63,992 bases of DNA, filler included, from Octopus bimaculoides (GCF_001194135.2; 7 parts of 7 records of this genome joined end to end with filler, not necessarily neighbours in it), one strand, 5' to 3'; shown: positions 38,966 through 50,393, numbered from the whole stretch's first letter. The notes: a model not told the origin generated them from the letters alone. Made by a program: numbers and translations.

Positions 38966-39719
38966 AACGTTGACGCGTCTTCATATTGTTTATGAATAAA
39001 TAGTGTAACATTTTTTGAAACCTCATAACTTCTTTTCCTTTCGTAATTATTTCCCAAAGATAGGGAATTATCAATGGATTCTATGCCTTAGCGGCAAAAA
39101 AACTACTGTTCGGAAACTTCTGTTAATTTTTAAGAAAAAATAAAAAGCAAATTATATAAATGATCTTCTTTTATAATGATTTCAATGCAATTAAAAATAA
39201 TCTACTTTAGGACAAGACACATCTTGTCTTCATATAGTTAGTTTGGTTATCGGGAGGGAAAAAAAAACCTTCAATCGAATCTGCTTGGAACATTTCTTTG
39301 AAACGCTGCAAACTTATTAACTCGATGTAACGGTAATTCCTTGAAGCTGAAGTTTTTCTGTTTGGGTACAACACTATAGTGATGGTGTGTTGTTGGAGGT
39401 TTTCTGATTCTGAGCGAGATCAACATAAGAGTTGTTGAACAATATGACATATTCTTAACGCTCTTACTTTTCTATTTCAATGACTTTGCTGTCAGTTCCG
39501 ATCACAGGTTCATGCGTCAATGACGCCCTTCTGTTCATTTCTCTTTCCAACTAGAAACAGCTTCTACTTCTAACTTTAAACATTCACGACTTTAACACTT
39601 CCTGACTTTAGTTATATCCAACAAGGGAATCTCTACGTGGTCGATCCATTTGCAAGAATAGCAACCTAATATTCCTCAAATTATATTCTGTCTTAAAAGT
39701 GAGTATAATAGACTATACA

Positions 39720-39940
39720 AATGCGGTGAACTAGCAGAATCCTTAGCACGCCCAACGAAATGCTTATCAGAAATTCTTCTGACTCTTTGTATACTGAGTT
39801 CAAATCCTAGTGAGGTCAGTTTTACCTTTCATTCGTTCGGCGTAGATGAAATAAGAACCAGTTGAAAACTGTGGCCAGTATAAGCAACTAGCTCCTTCTC
39901 AAAAGTTTCTAGCCTTGTGCCTATACTTAGAAAAATATTA
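39720..39940 (+). mobile_element. SINE family B, degraded
   Basis: gcagaatccttagcacgccc..gagttcaaatcc..gaggtcagttttacctttcattc..gaaataagaaccagttg. Confidence 0.7.
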
Positions 39941-40251
39941 GACTATGTAGCCTTGTATTTGTGTGTGTGTGCTTAAAAGAAAAGAAAATGGAGAATAGGA
40001 AGTGAATAATTGTTAATTATAAACAACAAATTGGTCATCTTTGCTTCTTACAGCCGTTTCAATTAATACTCAATAATTTAATTACAAATTTGTACATTAA
40101 ATTTACATTTATGTAACATGAACGTTTTGTTCATATATATATGTATATATANNNNNNNNNNNNNNNNNNNNNNNNNNNNNNNNNNNNNNNNNNNNTTAAT
40201 TAATTAANNNNNNNNNNNNNNNNNNNNNNNNNNNNNNNNNNNNNNNNNNNN

Positions 40252-40740
40252 TTCCCCACAAATTTCTTTATAATCGTAATTTATGCCGTTTGAAAGGTAT
40301 TTCTATAAAATTTCATTGAAAAAATACTCCATTTTCCTAAAAGTTACGAGGGAAGAGCTCTGATCTTCTGAATTTTTAGAAATTTTCTCCCCACCATCTT
40401 GGAAAAAATTTTCCCCCACAAATTTCTTTATAATCGTAATTTATGCGGTTTGAAGATATTTCTATAAAATTTCATTGAAACAAACTCCATTTCCCTAAAA
40501 GTTACGAGGGAAGAGCTCTGATCTTCTGAATTTTTAGAATTCCTCTCTCCCACCATCTTGGAAAAAATTTTCCCCACAAATTTATTTATAATCGTAATTT
40601 ATGCTGTTTCAAGGGTATTTCTATAAAATTTCATTGAAACAAACTCCATTTTCCTAAAAGTTACGAAGTAAAAGCTCTGATCTGAATTTTTAGAAGTCTT
40701 CTCCCCACCATCTTGGAAAAGATTTTCTCCACAAATTTCT
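40252..40740. repeat. Tandem repeat, ~158-bp unit, ~3.1 copies
   Basis: ccccacaaatttctttataatcg starts at 40254, 40414, 40572 (variant tttattt) and ~40727 (partial); spacings 160, 158, ~155. Confidence 0.9.
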
Positions 40741-40864
40741 TTGAAAGATAAACCAGTTATATTCTTATATATCATCAAACAGTACATTACTGGTTATGGC
40801 ATACAACCGATCAGAATTGTACTGTCCGCTTCACCCTGGCTATTGCAATTTGGTAATATTGACG

Positions 40865-42400
40865 ATATTTGGATATACGATAGTTTAACATAATAGCAAT
40901 GATAAAGACGTTGGCGATGGTGAAACTAAAGGGAGGTAAACAGTGAAGAAAAAAAACATTTTGTAGGAAGAGTTATTTCCCATGGACTGTGTTTTAACTG
41001 TTAATTGCGTGCGTGTGTGATGTGATGTATGTGTACTTATATGTTGGTTGCTGCTCCAAAAGCGAACATGATTACGTTGCCGAAACGAATTTCTGTTTTT
41101 TGAAGGTAGCATCTGAATTATTTTGCCTTTTGAGTACAGGAAAGCACCTGTATTCACGATGATTATAGTGGTGGAAATGATGAATGGTGGTGGTGGTATG
41201 ATGGCTATTGCAATTTGCCGACTGGAAGCACATAACCGTTTTATATGTAAAAATTATATATCGCTGCTATTGTGCAAAAGTGTCGTAAGTCTAGAACGTT
41301 GCTTTTTCAGAAAATGAAAAAATTGTTTCACCATTTCATTTCTTTTTTACATTAGCAACAGTTTCAGCTTAACAATAATACTTTGTTGGAAAGGCGTCGA
41401 GCTGGCGGAAACGTTAGCACGCCGAGCGAAATGCTTAACGGTATTTCGTCTGCCGTTACGTTCAGAGTTCAAATTCCGCCAAGGTCGAACTTTGCCTTTC
41501 ATGCTTTCGGGGTCGATTAAATAAGTACCAGTTACGCACTGGAGTCGATGTAATCGACCAAATCCCTTTGTCTGTCCTTGTTTGTCCCCTATATGTTTAG
41601 CCCCCTGTGGGCAATAAAGAAATAAATAGTGTGTTGTTGGAAAGGCGGCGAACTGGCAAAAACGTTAGCACGCCGAGCGAAATGCTTGGCGGTATTTCGT
41701 CTGTCTTTGCGTTCTGAGTTCAAATTCCAACGAGGTCGACATTGCCTTTCATCCTCTCGGGGTCGGTAAATTTAGTACCAGTTGCGTACTGAGGTCGATC
41801 TAATCGACTTAATCCCCTCCCAAAAATGTCGGGCCTTGAGCCTAGAGTAGAAAAGAATAATACATTGTTGGGTGCATAAAATCCTAACTCCATGCAAGTA
41901 GGATATTTTCAGTCAGAAATATTTTTGCAAAACTGTCGTATGTGCGACTTGCTACACTTTTGAAAAATGGTATCTGAAGCAGCTGGAGATACGATAGTTT
42001 GACCAAAAGAACCGGCTATTGCAAGCAAAACTAAATATTGTATAAAAAAAAAGCAACGCATTTGGCCAAATTTGGACATACGATAGTTTAACATAATAGC
42101 AATGATATGTCGATTCTGGCTGGAAAGACGTTGACGGTGGTGAGACGAAAGGGAGATAAACAGTGAAGAAAAGAACATTTTGTAGGAAGAGTTATTTCCC
42201 ATGGACTGATGTTAAACTGTTAATTGCGTGCGTGTGTGTACTTATATGTTGGTTGCTGCTCCGAACATGATTACGTTGCCAAAACGAATTTCTGCTTTTG
42301 ACGGTAGCATCTGAATTATTTTGCCTTTTGAGTTCAGGAAAGCACCCGTATTCACGATGATGATAGTGGTGGAGATGATGAATGGTGGTGGTGGTGGTGG
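40865..42400 (+). repeat. Unclassified low-copy repeat, ~730-bp unit tandemly duplicated, one copy carrying SINE inserts; paralog at 54780-55170
   Basis: 40865-41200 matches 42075-42400; 41266-41389 + 41856-42105 matches 54780-55170. Confidence 0.85.
41390..41855 (+). mobile_element. Tandem pair of SINE family B copies with 16-bp target-site duplication
   Basis: TSD aataatactttgttgg (41374-41389) / aataatacattgttgg (41856-41871); copies contain B-box gagttcaaattcc and gcctttcatc..ggggtcg..aagtaccag (Meta-domain-like, recalled). Confidence 0.9.
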
Positions 42401-42597
42401 TGGTATGAGGATGATGATGATGATGATAACGCCATCTCGCATTTCAATGAAGGCTAACCCAACAGAGAGGATAAACCAACGTCAGATTCACCCGTCTGAG
42501 AGAATGACGTGGAGACAGTGATGGGAACTGTCCCCTCAATCAATTAATACCTTATAACAAAACCAATTGGATCACCAATTGCTTTATAACGTATTTA

Positions 42598-42770
42598 ATA
42601 TTCCGAATAGGTTTCTGTGATCTGAGTTCAAATTCCACCGAGATCGACTTTGCCTTTCATCCTTCCAGAGTCAATGGAACAAATACCAGTTGAACACTGG
42701 CTTCAGTGTAATCGATTTACCCCCTCGCCTCAAAATTACTGGCCTTATGTCAACATTTGAAATCCATATT
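42598..42770 (+). mobile_element. SINE family B
   Basis: ctgagttcaaattccaccgagatcgactttgcctttcatcc..taccagttgaacactgg. Confidence 0.75.
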
Positions 42771-43207
42771 TTGTATAAGCTGCTGCTTTTGTTGATGATG
42801 ATGATGATGACGACGACGACGATGATGCAGTTGTTATATAGCTCCAGCTCAGCTTGACTCAGTAAATATATGATCCAGTTGTGACCGTTCCAGCTCCCCT
42901 GTATGTTTAAGGCTCCATTGCACCCCTCCTATTTTTAAAATAATAGAATCTAATTTGAGGGACTTTGGCTGTGTTTGTGTAAATTTCACAGGAAAACTTA
43001 AATATTTACATTTGGTTTCGCCTTCTTCGTGGTTTTAGTTGCTCCAATTTTTTCATTAGATTAGGATAAAGTGTATCAAATTTCATTTGAAATCATAGTG
43101 CAAGTTTCAAATTGGCATCTAGAATATTTAACTAATAGCATCTGAAGGACATACATATGTGTCTGTATGTCTATCTATCTATCTATCTATCTACCTACCT
43201 ATCTATC

Positions 43208-43594
43208 TTGTTGTTGTTGGCACTCCGTCGCTTACGACGTCGAGGGTTCCAGTTGATCCGATCAACGGAACAGCCTGTTCGTGAAATTAACGTTCAAGTG
43301 GCTGAGCACTCCTCAGACACGTGTACCCTTAACGTAGTTCTCTGGGATATTCAGCGTGACACAGTGTGAGAAGGCTGACCCTTTGAATTACAGGCACAAT
43401 AGAAACAGGAAGTAAGAGTGAGAGAAAGTTGTGGTGGAAGAGTACAGCAGGGTTCGCCACCATCCCCTGCCGGAGCCTCGTGGAGCTTTAGGTGTTTTCG
43501 TTCAATAAACACTCACAATGCCCGGTCTGGGAATCGAAACCGCGATCCTATAACCGCGAGTCCGCTGCCCTAACCACTGGGCCATTGCGCCTCC
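43208..43594 (-). mobile_element. SINE family C, full length
   Basis: Reverse complement aligns end to end with 22902-23286. Confidence 0.9.
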
Positions 43595-43622
43595 CCACCT
43601 ATCTATCTATATACCTATCAAC

Positions 43623-43671
<49 letters not shown>

Positions 43672-44208
43672 CATCTATTTATCCATACACATATGGAAAG
43701 AGAGAGAAAAACAGAAATATTTATGTATGTACAGGGTGCGTATTTAGAACTAGCTACTTCGTTTGTTGTATATAACCTATTGTTACTTTCCATTTAAAAT
43801 AGAAAGACAAACAGACAGATATCGATACACCTCATTATCTGTTATTCAGCTAATTCCTTATACAGGTCACCACACAGCAAGCTGTTAGATTACCATTATT
43901 TCCATCACCAACAGTGATATGAAACGCAATCTGTGCCAATTCCATTTCCTGTGGCAAACACCAGGAGGTTACAAAGGTAGTGATGGTAGTGGTGGTGGTG
44001 GTGTGTCTGATCTATCAATAAATATATGCGTTTTTTCTTCAGCTCATTCCGTTCGTTGCTAATTTGCCAAAGTACTGAGAGACAGGCTGTGTTTTGAAAA
44101 TAATGGAAGAGGAAAAAACACACAAAGTAATCCAGAGTTGTCTCCCATGTATTACAGATATACACACAGATAACTATACGTGTGTGTGTGTGTTCAAAGT
44201 AATGATGG

Positions 44209-44585
44209 TACTCTTTTACTCTTTTACTTGTTTCAGTCTTTTGACTGTGGCCATGCTGGAGCACCGCCTTTAGTCGAGCAAATCGACCCCAGGACTTATT
44301 CTTTGGAAACCTAGTACTTATTCTATCGGTCTCTTTTGCCGAACCGCTAAGTTACGGGGACATAAACACACCAGCATCGGTTGTCAAGCGATGTTGGGGG
44401 ACAAACACAGACATACAAACACATACACACACACACATATATATATATACATATATACGACAGGCTTCTTTCAGTTTCCGTCTACCAAATCCACTCACAA
44501 GGCTTTGGTCGGCCCGAGGCTATAGTAGAAGACACTTGCCCAAGATGCCACGCAGTGGGACTGAACCCGGGACCATGTGGTTGGT
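44209..44585 (-). mobile_element. SINE family A, near full length
   Basis: Body and tail with internal (CA)/(TA) tract; head end lost near the gap. Confidence 0.9.
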
Positions 44586-44810
44586 GTAGTATATTNNNNN
44601 NNNNNNNNNNNNNNNNNNNNNNNNNNNNNNNNNNNNNNNNNNNNNNNNNNNNNNNNNNNNNNNNNNNNNNNNNNNNNNNNNNNNNNNNNNNNNNNNNNNN
44701 NNNNNNNNNNNNNNNNNNNNNNNNNNNNNNNNNNNNNNNNNNNNNNNNNNNNNNNNNNNNNNNNNNNNNNNNNNNNNNNNNNNNNNNNNNNNNNNNNNNN
44801 NNNNNNNNNN

Positions 44811-45005
44811 GTGTCTGTGTTTGTCCTGCCACCATCGCTTGACTACCGGCGCTAGTGCGTTTACGTTCCCGTATTGTAGCGGTTCAGCAAAAAAGACCGA
44901 TAGAATAAGTATTTGGCTTACAAAGAATAAGTCCTGGGGTTTTGTTCAACTAAAGGCGGTGCTCCAGCATGTCCGCAGTCAAATGACTGAAACAAGTAAA
45001 ACAAT
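44811..45005 (+). mobile_element. SINE family A 3' half, inverted relative to 44209-44585
   Basis: gtgtttgtcc..ccatcgcttgac..gatagaataagta..aggcggtgctccagcatg..tgactgaaacaagtaaa. Confidence 0.85.
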
Positions 45006-45181
45006 AAAAGAATATATATTTATCGTCTGTTTCCCCCATCCATCTCTCTCTATATATATAGAGAGAGAAAGACAGACAACTGTCCAACGAATTGCAGATT
45101 TAATAAAAAGTATGTTACTCTACCTTTGGTATTTGAGTATTACCCCCCTCTCACCTTTGTGTTTTCTGTGGCCAATAAAGA

Positions 45182-45217
<36 letters not shown>

Positions 45218-45218
<1 letters not shown>

Positions 45219-45400
45219 GCCTTTGCACAGCTTCTAACGTTGGAGATGTACTACGGTGTCAGCTGTTCACTACCAGTGAACTAATGTAACACCTCTTATT
45301 TTTCGAGCATCTTCCGGAGTATCCGAGTGGTTCCAAGCAGTGCTGTTTTCTGCAAGTGCTCCACCCTTATTGCAGCTCCTATTTGTTCTACATACTTCTC
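45218..45400 (-). mobile_element. R4/Dong-like LINE 3' end in (AAT)n
   Basis: Homologous to 28657-28915. Confidence 0.75.
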
Positions 45401-45429
45401 TAAATTTTATTATTATTATTACTCAAAAT

Positions 45430-46447
45430 TTGATAGTTTCAGACAGATTTCAACTGCATCACCTGCAACGCCTCTGTGTTGCAGGGGTGTGTGCAGAATT
45501 GTGAGTTCTTTTTTGTTTTTGAAGTACAGACTCTTTCTGGTACTTCATTCACCAGCCAGGGGATACTTTAAAATTGGATATACCATGTTCTTTAATCACT
45601 TGAAGAGCCCACAATCTAATGATGTTTCACGTGACGACAAGTCCATTCGTGCATAGTTCAGTCACCCAGTCTCTCAAAATAGTCTCCATTTCATCATTGG
45701 GACTCATTCCTGTACTAATTTTCTTTAACGATTTGATGTCAACAGATTTCATTTTCTCCTCTTTCAAAAGCCAATGCCTGACCCTTTTTTCTGCGACCCC
45801 CAAATCCTCTTTCTGCAGCTCGATTCGAATGAGACTTCACATATTCAACAGCTTGAACGTGATATCATACAAATTCTTCTTTCTCTTCATGTTAACAAAT
45901 AACATGGTATTGAATTAAAGAAAGACAAGTATGGTACAAAAACAAACAAGCATTAAACTCACTTTTTAAAAAAGTTAAAGAAGTGATTTTAAATTCTCAA
46001 TCGCAGAATAATGCTAATAATATAGCCTGAACAGGATAAACTACCCCTATTTTGCAGAGAAAAGTGTAGGTGGCTAGTGAGAATTTAAAATCACTTCTTT
46101 AACTTTCTAAAAGACATCTCAACGCTTCTAAAAGCAAATTTCGTTTGTTTATTTACGTTTGTCGTAATTTGAATTTCACTTTTTTAAAATTAATCGTTTA
46201 TTTCATTCTAACAGAAGTAAAGAAATATATAAAGAAATATCTAAAGATCGTCTTCCGTCTACTTTTCCGCTTCGGAATTAGCAATCCGGGATTTTTGGTT
46301 ATTCCAACTGTCGGAACTTCAGATGTGGTTTTTACCTAGAAAATATCTGAAGATTTTTTTTATAGGATGCACTTATAAATCGCACCCCCAAATTTAGGTG
46401 AAAATTTCAGGGAAAAATGTGTGTCTTGTAGCCAAGAATATACAGTA
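45430..46447 (-). mobile_element. Pogo/Tigger-type DNA transposon relic: one TIR plus N-terminal transposase (Brinker-type DBD + CENP-B/Tc5 HTH)
   Basis: From ATG 45890: MKRKKNLYDITFKL-VEYVKSHSNRAAER-FGVAEKRVRHW..EMETILRDWVTEL..GLVVT*NIIRLWAL..FKVSPGW (two frameshifts); terminus TA-CTGTATATTCTTGGCTACAAGACACAC at 46447. Confidence 0.75.
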
Positions 46448-46579
46448 TTATTATTGTTGTTATTATTATCATCATCATCATCATCATTATTATTACTACT
46501 ACTACTACTATTACTACTACTGCTGCTGCTACTACTACTACTATTTAAAAGCAGTTTGATTTGAATTTGACCCCTATGC

Positions 46580-46790
46580 AACATCGAGTTTTGTGGGCTC
46601 ATCACAAGAATCTTGCAGAGATGGGAGAAGTCCAAAATCGCTAAAGGAAACCGAACTGTTATTGGTCAAGGCGGGTCAGAAGAAAATGCTGGGAGAACTT
46701 TACCATGGGAAAAAGACAAAGGCAGCATTCACAGTTTTAACAAAGCAACTGCCAGTTTCAGTTGCTTTACGACATAAATATAATTGAATA
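46580..46790 (+). mobile_element. Possible RTE-clade LINE C-terminal fragment
   Basis: WAHH..DGRSPK..KKMLGELYHGKKTK resembles the RTE W.GH..R.PK..LYGEL..GKR motif, frameshifted. Confidence 0.4.
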
Positions 46791-46979
46791 TAATTTAAAC
46801 CTTAAATTACTTGACAAACAAGCAATATCGAAATCTCTTCATGCATTGTGGGTACATGTATCAAATTGTAGCATTAGTCATCGAATCCGGGCTTTGGTGT
46901 TACACAGGGTATATTGAGAAACCAAAACAAACCATGAATCATTGTTTATAATATATTTAATAACATCGTCTTACGTCCG

Positions 46980-47019
<40 letters not shown>

Positions 47020-47025
<6 letters not shown>

Positions 47026-47265
47026 GTGCTGTCTTGAGTTTCATGACTCATAGCATCGGTTACCAAGTTTCTATAACATATGGGCGGCAGAGATCACATT
47101 TCTTCTGAACAGGATTCCAGTCCAGCACAGGGTCATCCATTTACAGGTGAGTGGACTGGAATAGCACGAAATGGAGTGTTTTGCTGAAGAACACAATGCA
47201 CTGGAAGTCTGGAAATCAAAACCACAACCCTACGATCATGACTCCAACACCCTGGTCACTAATCG
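47020..47265 (-). mobile_element. SINE family D
   Basis: Homologous to 47518-47755 and 38725-38965. Confidence 0.65.
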
Positions 47266-47291
47266 ACGTGTCCTTCCTCATGCGCACGCAC

Positions 47292-47335
<44 letters not shown>

Positions 47336-47517
47336 TTGATTACAGGTAAGTCCACCACCATCAATTCATCATGAAGAAAGTTCACTGCGAGGCAAGTTTA
47401 CTGAGAAAGTATATCCATAGTATCTCACCATTAATAGTTAGAAACTATTTTATTGGGGAAAAAAAATGGTGAATTGATGACTGTGAACTTAGCAGACATA
47501 CATACGTATATAGTAAG

Positions 47518-47755
47518 TACTGTCTCAAGTGCTATGACTCATGGGTGCTGTTTCCCACCTTTCATAGCATTTAAGTGGCCGAGATCCCACTTTTCTTGAG
47601 CAGGGCACCAGTCCATTGCAGGGTTACCCATTTACAATTGTGTGAAATGGAGCAACGTGAATCGAAATATTTTGTTCAATAACACAATGCATCTACCAGT
47701 CTGGGAATTGAACTCACATTCTTACAATCATGAGTTCAACACCCTAACCACTGGA
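47518..47755 (-). mobile_element. SINE family D
   Basis: RC head agtggttagggtgttgaactcatga..gagttcaattcccagac; ccctgcaatggactgg V-like motif. Confidence 0.7.
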
Positions 47756-47814
47756 TCACTTGCCCTTACATACACACACACACATGCAGAATCTGAAGTC
47801 AGAACCAATATAGA

Positions 47815-48290
47815 GTAAAGGATAAAGACCCCCTTCGGTCATGAATGACCATGGGATTGCACCTAGAAAGTCACCCTCTAAGACACAAGTCTGGGCAAGG
47901 TTGTATATGGAAGACCAGCAGTCGCCCATGCATACCAGCCTTCCCTCTCCTTTCCAGTATATGTACATAGGGTTAAGGGTAAAGATCCCCTTCGGTCATG
48001 AATGACCATGGGATTGCACCTAGAAAGTCACCCTCTAAGACTCAAGTCAGGGCAAGGTTGTATATGGAAGACCAGTAGTCGCCCATGCATACCAGTCTCT
48101 GATGTTATCCAAGGAAAAGGCAAAGGCCAAAACAATTTAGCGCCAGTGACGTTGCAACTCATTTCTGAGTGAATTGGAGCAATGTGAAAAAAGTGCCTTG
48201 CTCAAGAACACAACACATGGTCTAGTCCAGGAATCAAACTCACTACCCCATGATTGTGAGCCTGTCGCTTTAACCACTGAGCCATGCATG
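47815..48290 (-). mobile_element. SINE family E with tandemly duplicated tail module (period ~157 bp)
   Basis: Tail copies 47823-47940 and 47980-48095; tRNA head at 48225-48290. Confidence 0.8.
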
Positions 48291-48399
48291 AACCAATGCT
48301 ATTCAAGATTCAGTCCAAGTATGTGATCGGACTCAGGTCTGAAGCTGGACATTCAGAGACAATCTGACATGTATTCTTCTCAATATTTAGGGTGGACGT

Positions 48400-49050
48400 A
48401 AGGCTGCAAACTGGCAGAATCGTTAGCATGCCGGGCGAAATGCTAAGCATTTCGCCTGCCGTTACGTTCTGAGTTCAAATTCTGCCAAGGTCGACTTTGC
48501 CTTTCATCCTTTCGGGGTCAATAAATTAAGTACCAGTTATGCACTGGGGTCGATGTAATCGACTTAATCCCTTTGTCTGTCCTTGTTTGTCCCCTCTACG
48601 TTATGCCCCTGGAGGGCAATAAAGAAATAAGAATCGTTAATACGCGGGGCAAAACACTTAGCAGCATTTCATCCATCTTTATGTTCAGAGTTCAAATTCC
48701 GCCAAGGTCAACTTTGCCTTTCATCCTTCTGGGGTCAATAAAATAAGTACCAGTTGAGTAATGGGGTTGACGTAATCGACTTACCTCCTCCTGCAAAACT
48801 ACTGGCCTTGTGCCAAAATTAGGACCCAATAATTAGGGTAGACATAAGGCAATGAGATGGCAGAATCATTAGTATGCCAGGTAAAATACTTAGCAGTATT
48901 TACGCTCCGAGTTCAAATCCTGACTCGGTCAACTTTGTCTTTTTTTCTCTCAAGATCAATGAAATAAGTCTCAGTTGAAATACTGGGGTTCATGTAATCA
49001 AATTAAACCCTTCCTCTTAAATTGCTGGCTTTGTGCCAAAATCTGAAACC
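48400..49050 (+). mobile_element. Array of three SINE family B copies
   Basis: Units 48400-48630, 48630-48827, 48848-49050, each with gagttcaaat and a Meta-like domain. Confidence 0.85.
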
Positions 49051-49129
49051 AATATTTAAGGTAGACAGTAGTAAGTCCCCTGGACATTTTGCCCGGCATG
49101 CTAACAATTTTGCCAGCTTACTGCCTTAT

Positions 49130-49257
49130 GTTTACACTAAATATTGGTCGACCTGGGGTTATAGCAGAAGACACTCAACAAAGAGTGTCACACAGTGGAA
49201 CGGAACCCAAAACGTGATCACAAAGCATGCTTCTTAAAAACACAGCCATCTCTGCAC
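49130..49257 (-). mobile_element. SINE family A head, degraded
   Basis: ttggtcgacctggggttatagcagaagacact..cagtggaacggaaccc..cacagcca. Confidence 0.6.
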
Positions 49258-49680
49258 TTAGAAATAATTTTTAGAAATGAAATTAATTAGGAAACAAAAT
49301 CATTAAATAGGTGTCAGGTTAATTAAAACAAAGCGGTTACTAATTAATTAATGCACAGTTGTTCAGATGAGAAACAAGATAATCCCATAGAAAGGCGTTC
49401 ACATGGAAAACAATTGGCCTTTTGGCGTCGACATATTTCAGGCATGGAATATATTAAATAGAAAAATCTAAACCATAAATGATTATGTTGTGAGAAAAAT
49501 ATATCATTCGTTGATAATACAAATTTTTTTCGTATATTTGTGTTGTGTGTGAAAGCATTTGACCATTTAGAAGTGGGGTTGTCATCTTGAACATTTGTTT
49601 GTACACCATTAGAATCTGAGTAACTGGCTCTGTGAGTCCCACCACAATGAATCCACTAACTATATATATTTGTGAATTCT

Positions 49681-49748
<68 letters not shown>

Positions 49749-50046
49749 GTATATATGTATTATTGTATTATATACTCTTATATGTATTATATACTCTTCG
49801 AAACGCCTGTGTTAGAATGGTGGCAGCTGATGAAGGAGATGTTTTCTATGTGGCCTGTGTGTTTTCTGTACTCTGTTTATCTTTTTGTCTACGCTTTGTT
49901 TACAATGTCCTGCACCCAGATATGCATCTATATATACAGGTAGATGTAGGTATGTACATACATGTACGTATATATGCATATATTCACATATTATTTGTAT
50001 TATATATATATATATATGTATGTATGTATTTATATATAAATACACG

Positions 50047-50393
50047 CTAATTGCTGAGTCACTATCAGAACTAGAGAAGTTTCAGGTGTGGAAGCAAGGA
50101 CTAGAATCGAAGGGCCTTGGAGTCAACCTAGCTAAAACCAAAGTCCTAATAAGTAGGAAGGAAGACAAAACACAAACCCCTTCAGGTAGATGGCCCTGTT
50201 CGATCTGTAGAAAAGGAGTAGGTAGTAACTCTATAAGATGTACCCAGTGTAAGCTATGGACACATAAGAGGTGCAGCAATATCAAAGGCAGGTTAACTAG
50301 CAAGTTAGTTTTTGTTTGTGGCAGATGTTCAGGTGCAATAAAGACTGTAAACAAACAGGAAACAACTTCTGTCTCATTCCAGGGAGAAAAACT
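50047..50393 (+). mobile_element. RTE-clade LINE RT fragment with PHD-like Cys/His insert
   Basis: LIAESLSELEKFQVWKQGLESKGLGVNLAKTKVL (post-YADD RT) then PCSICRKGVGSNSIRCTQCKLWTHKRCS..FVCGRC; open frame up to the spacer. Confidence 0.85.

Noticed and set aside
44209-45005. Inverted SINE-A pair as the TIRs of a larger element
   Set aside because: These are two ordinary copies of an abundant SINE in opposite orientation around a gap, with no shared TSD.
48382-49066. Repeat-spacer-like arrays (SINE-B clusters, 158-bp units) as a possible CRISPR
   Set aside because: The units are 150-230-bp SINEs or a satellite, with no short constant repeat, no unique spacers and no cas genes, in a eukaryotic context.
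49290-49660. Minus-strand open frame WIHCGGTHRASYSD... and adjacent TAAT cluster
   Set aside because: No start codon, no polypyrimidine acceptor and no recognisable family; TAAT motifs are expected in AT-rich DNA.
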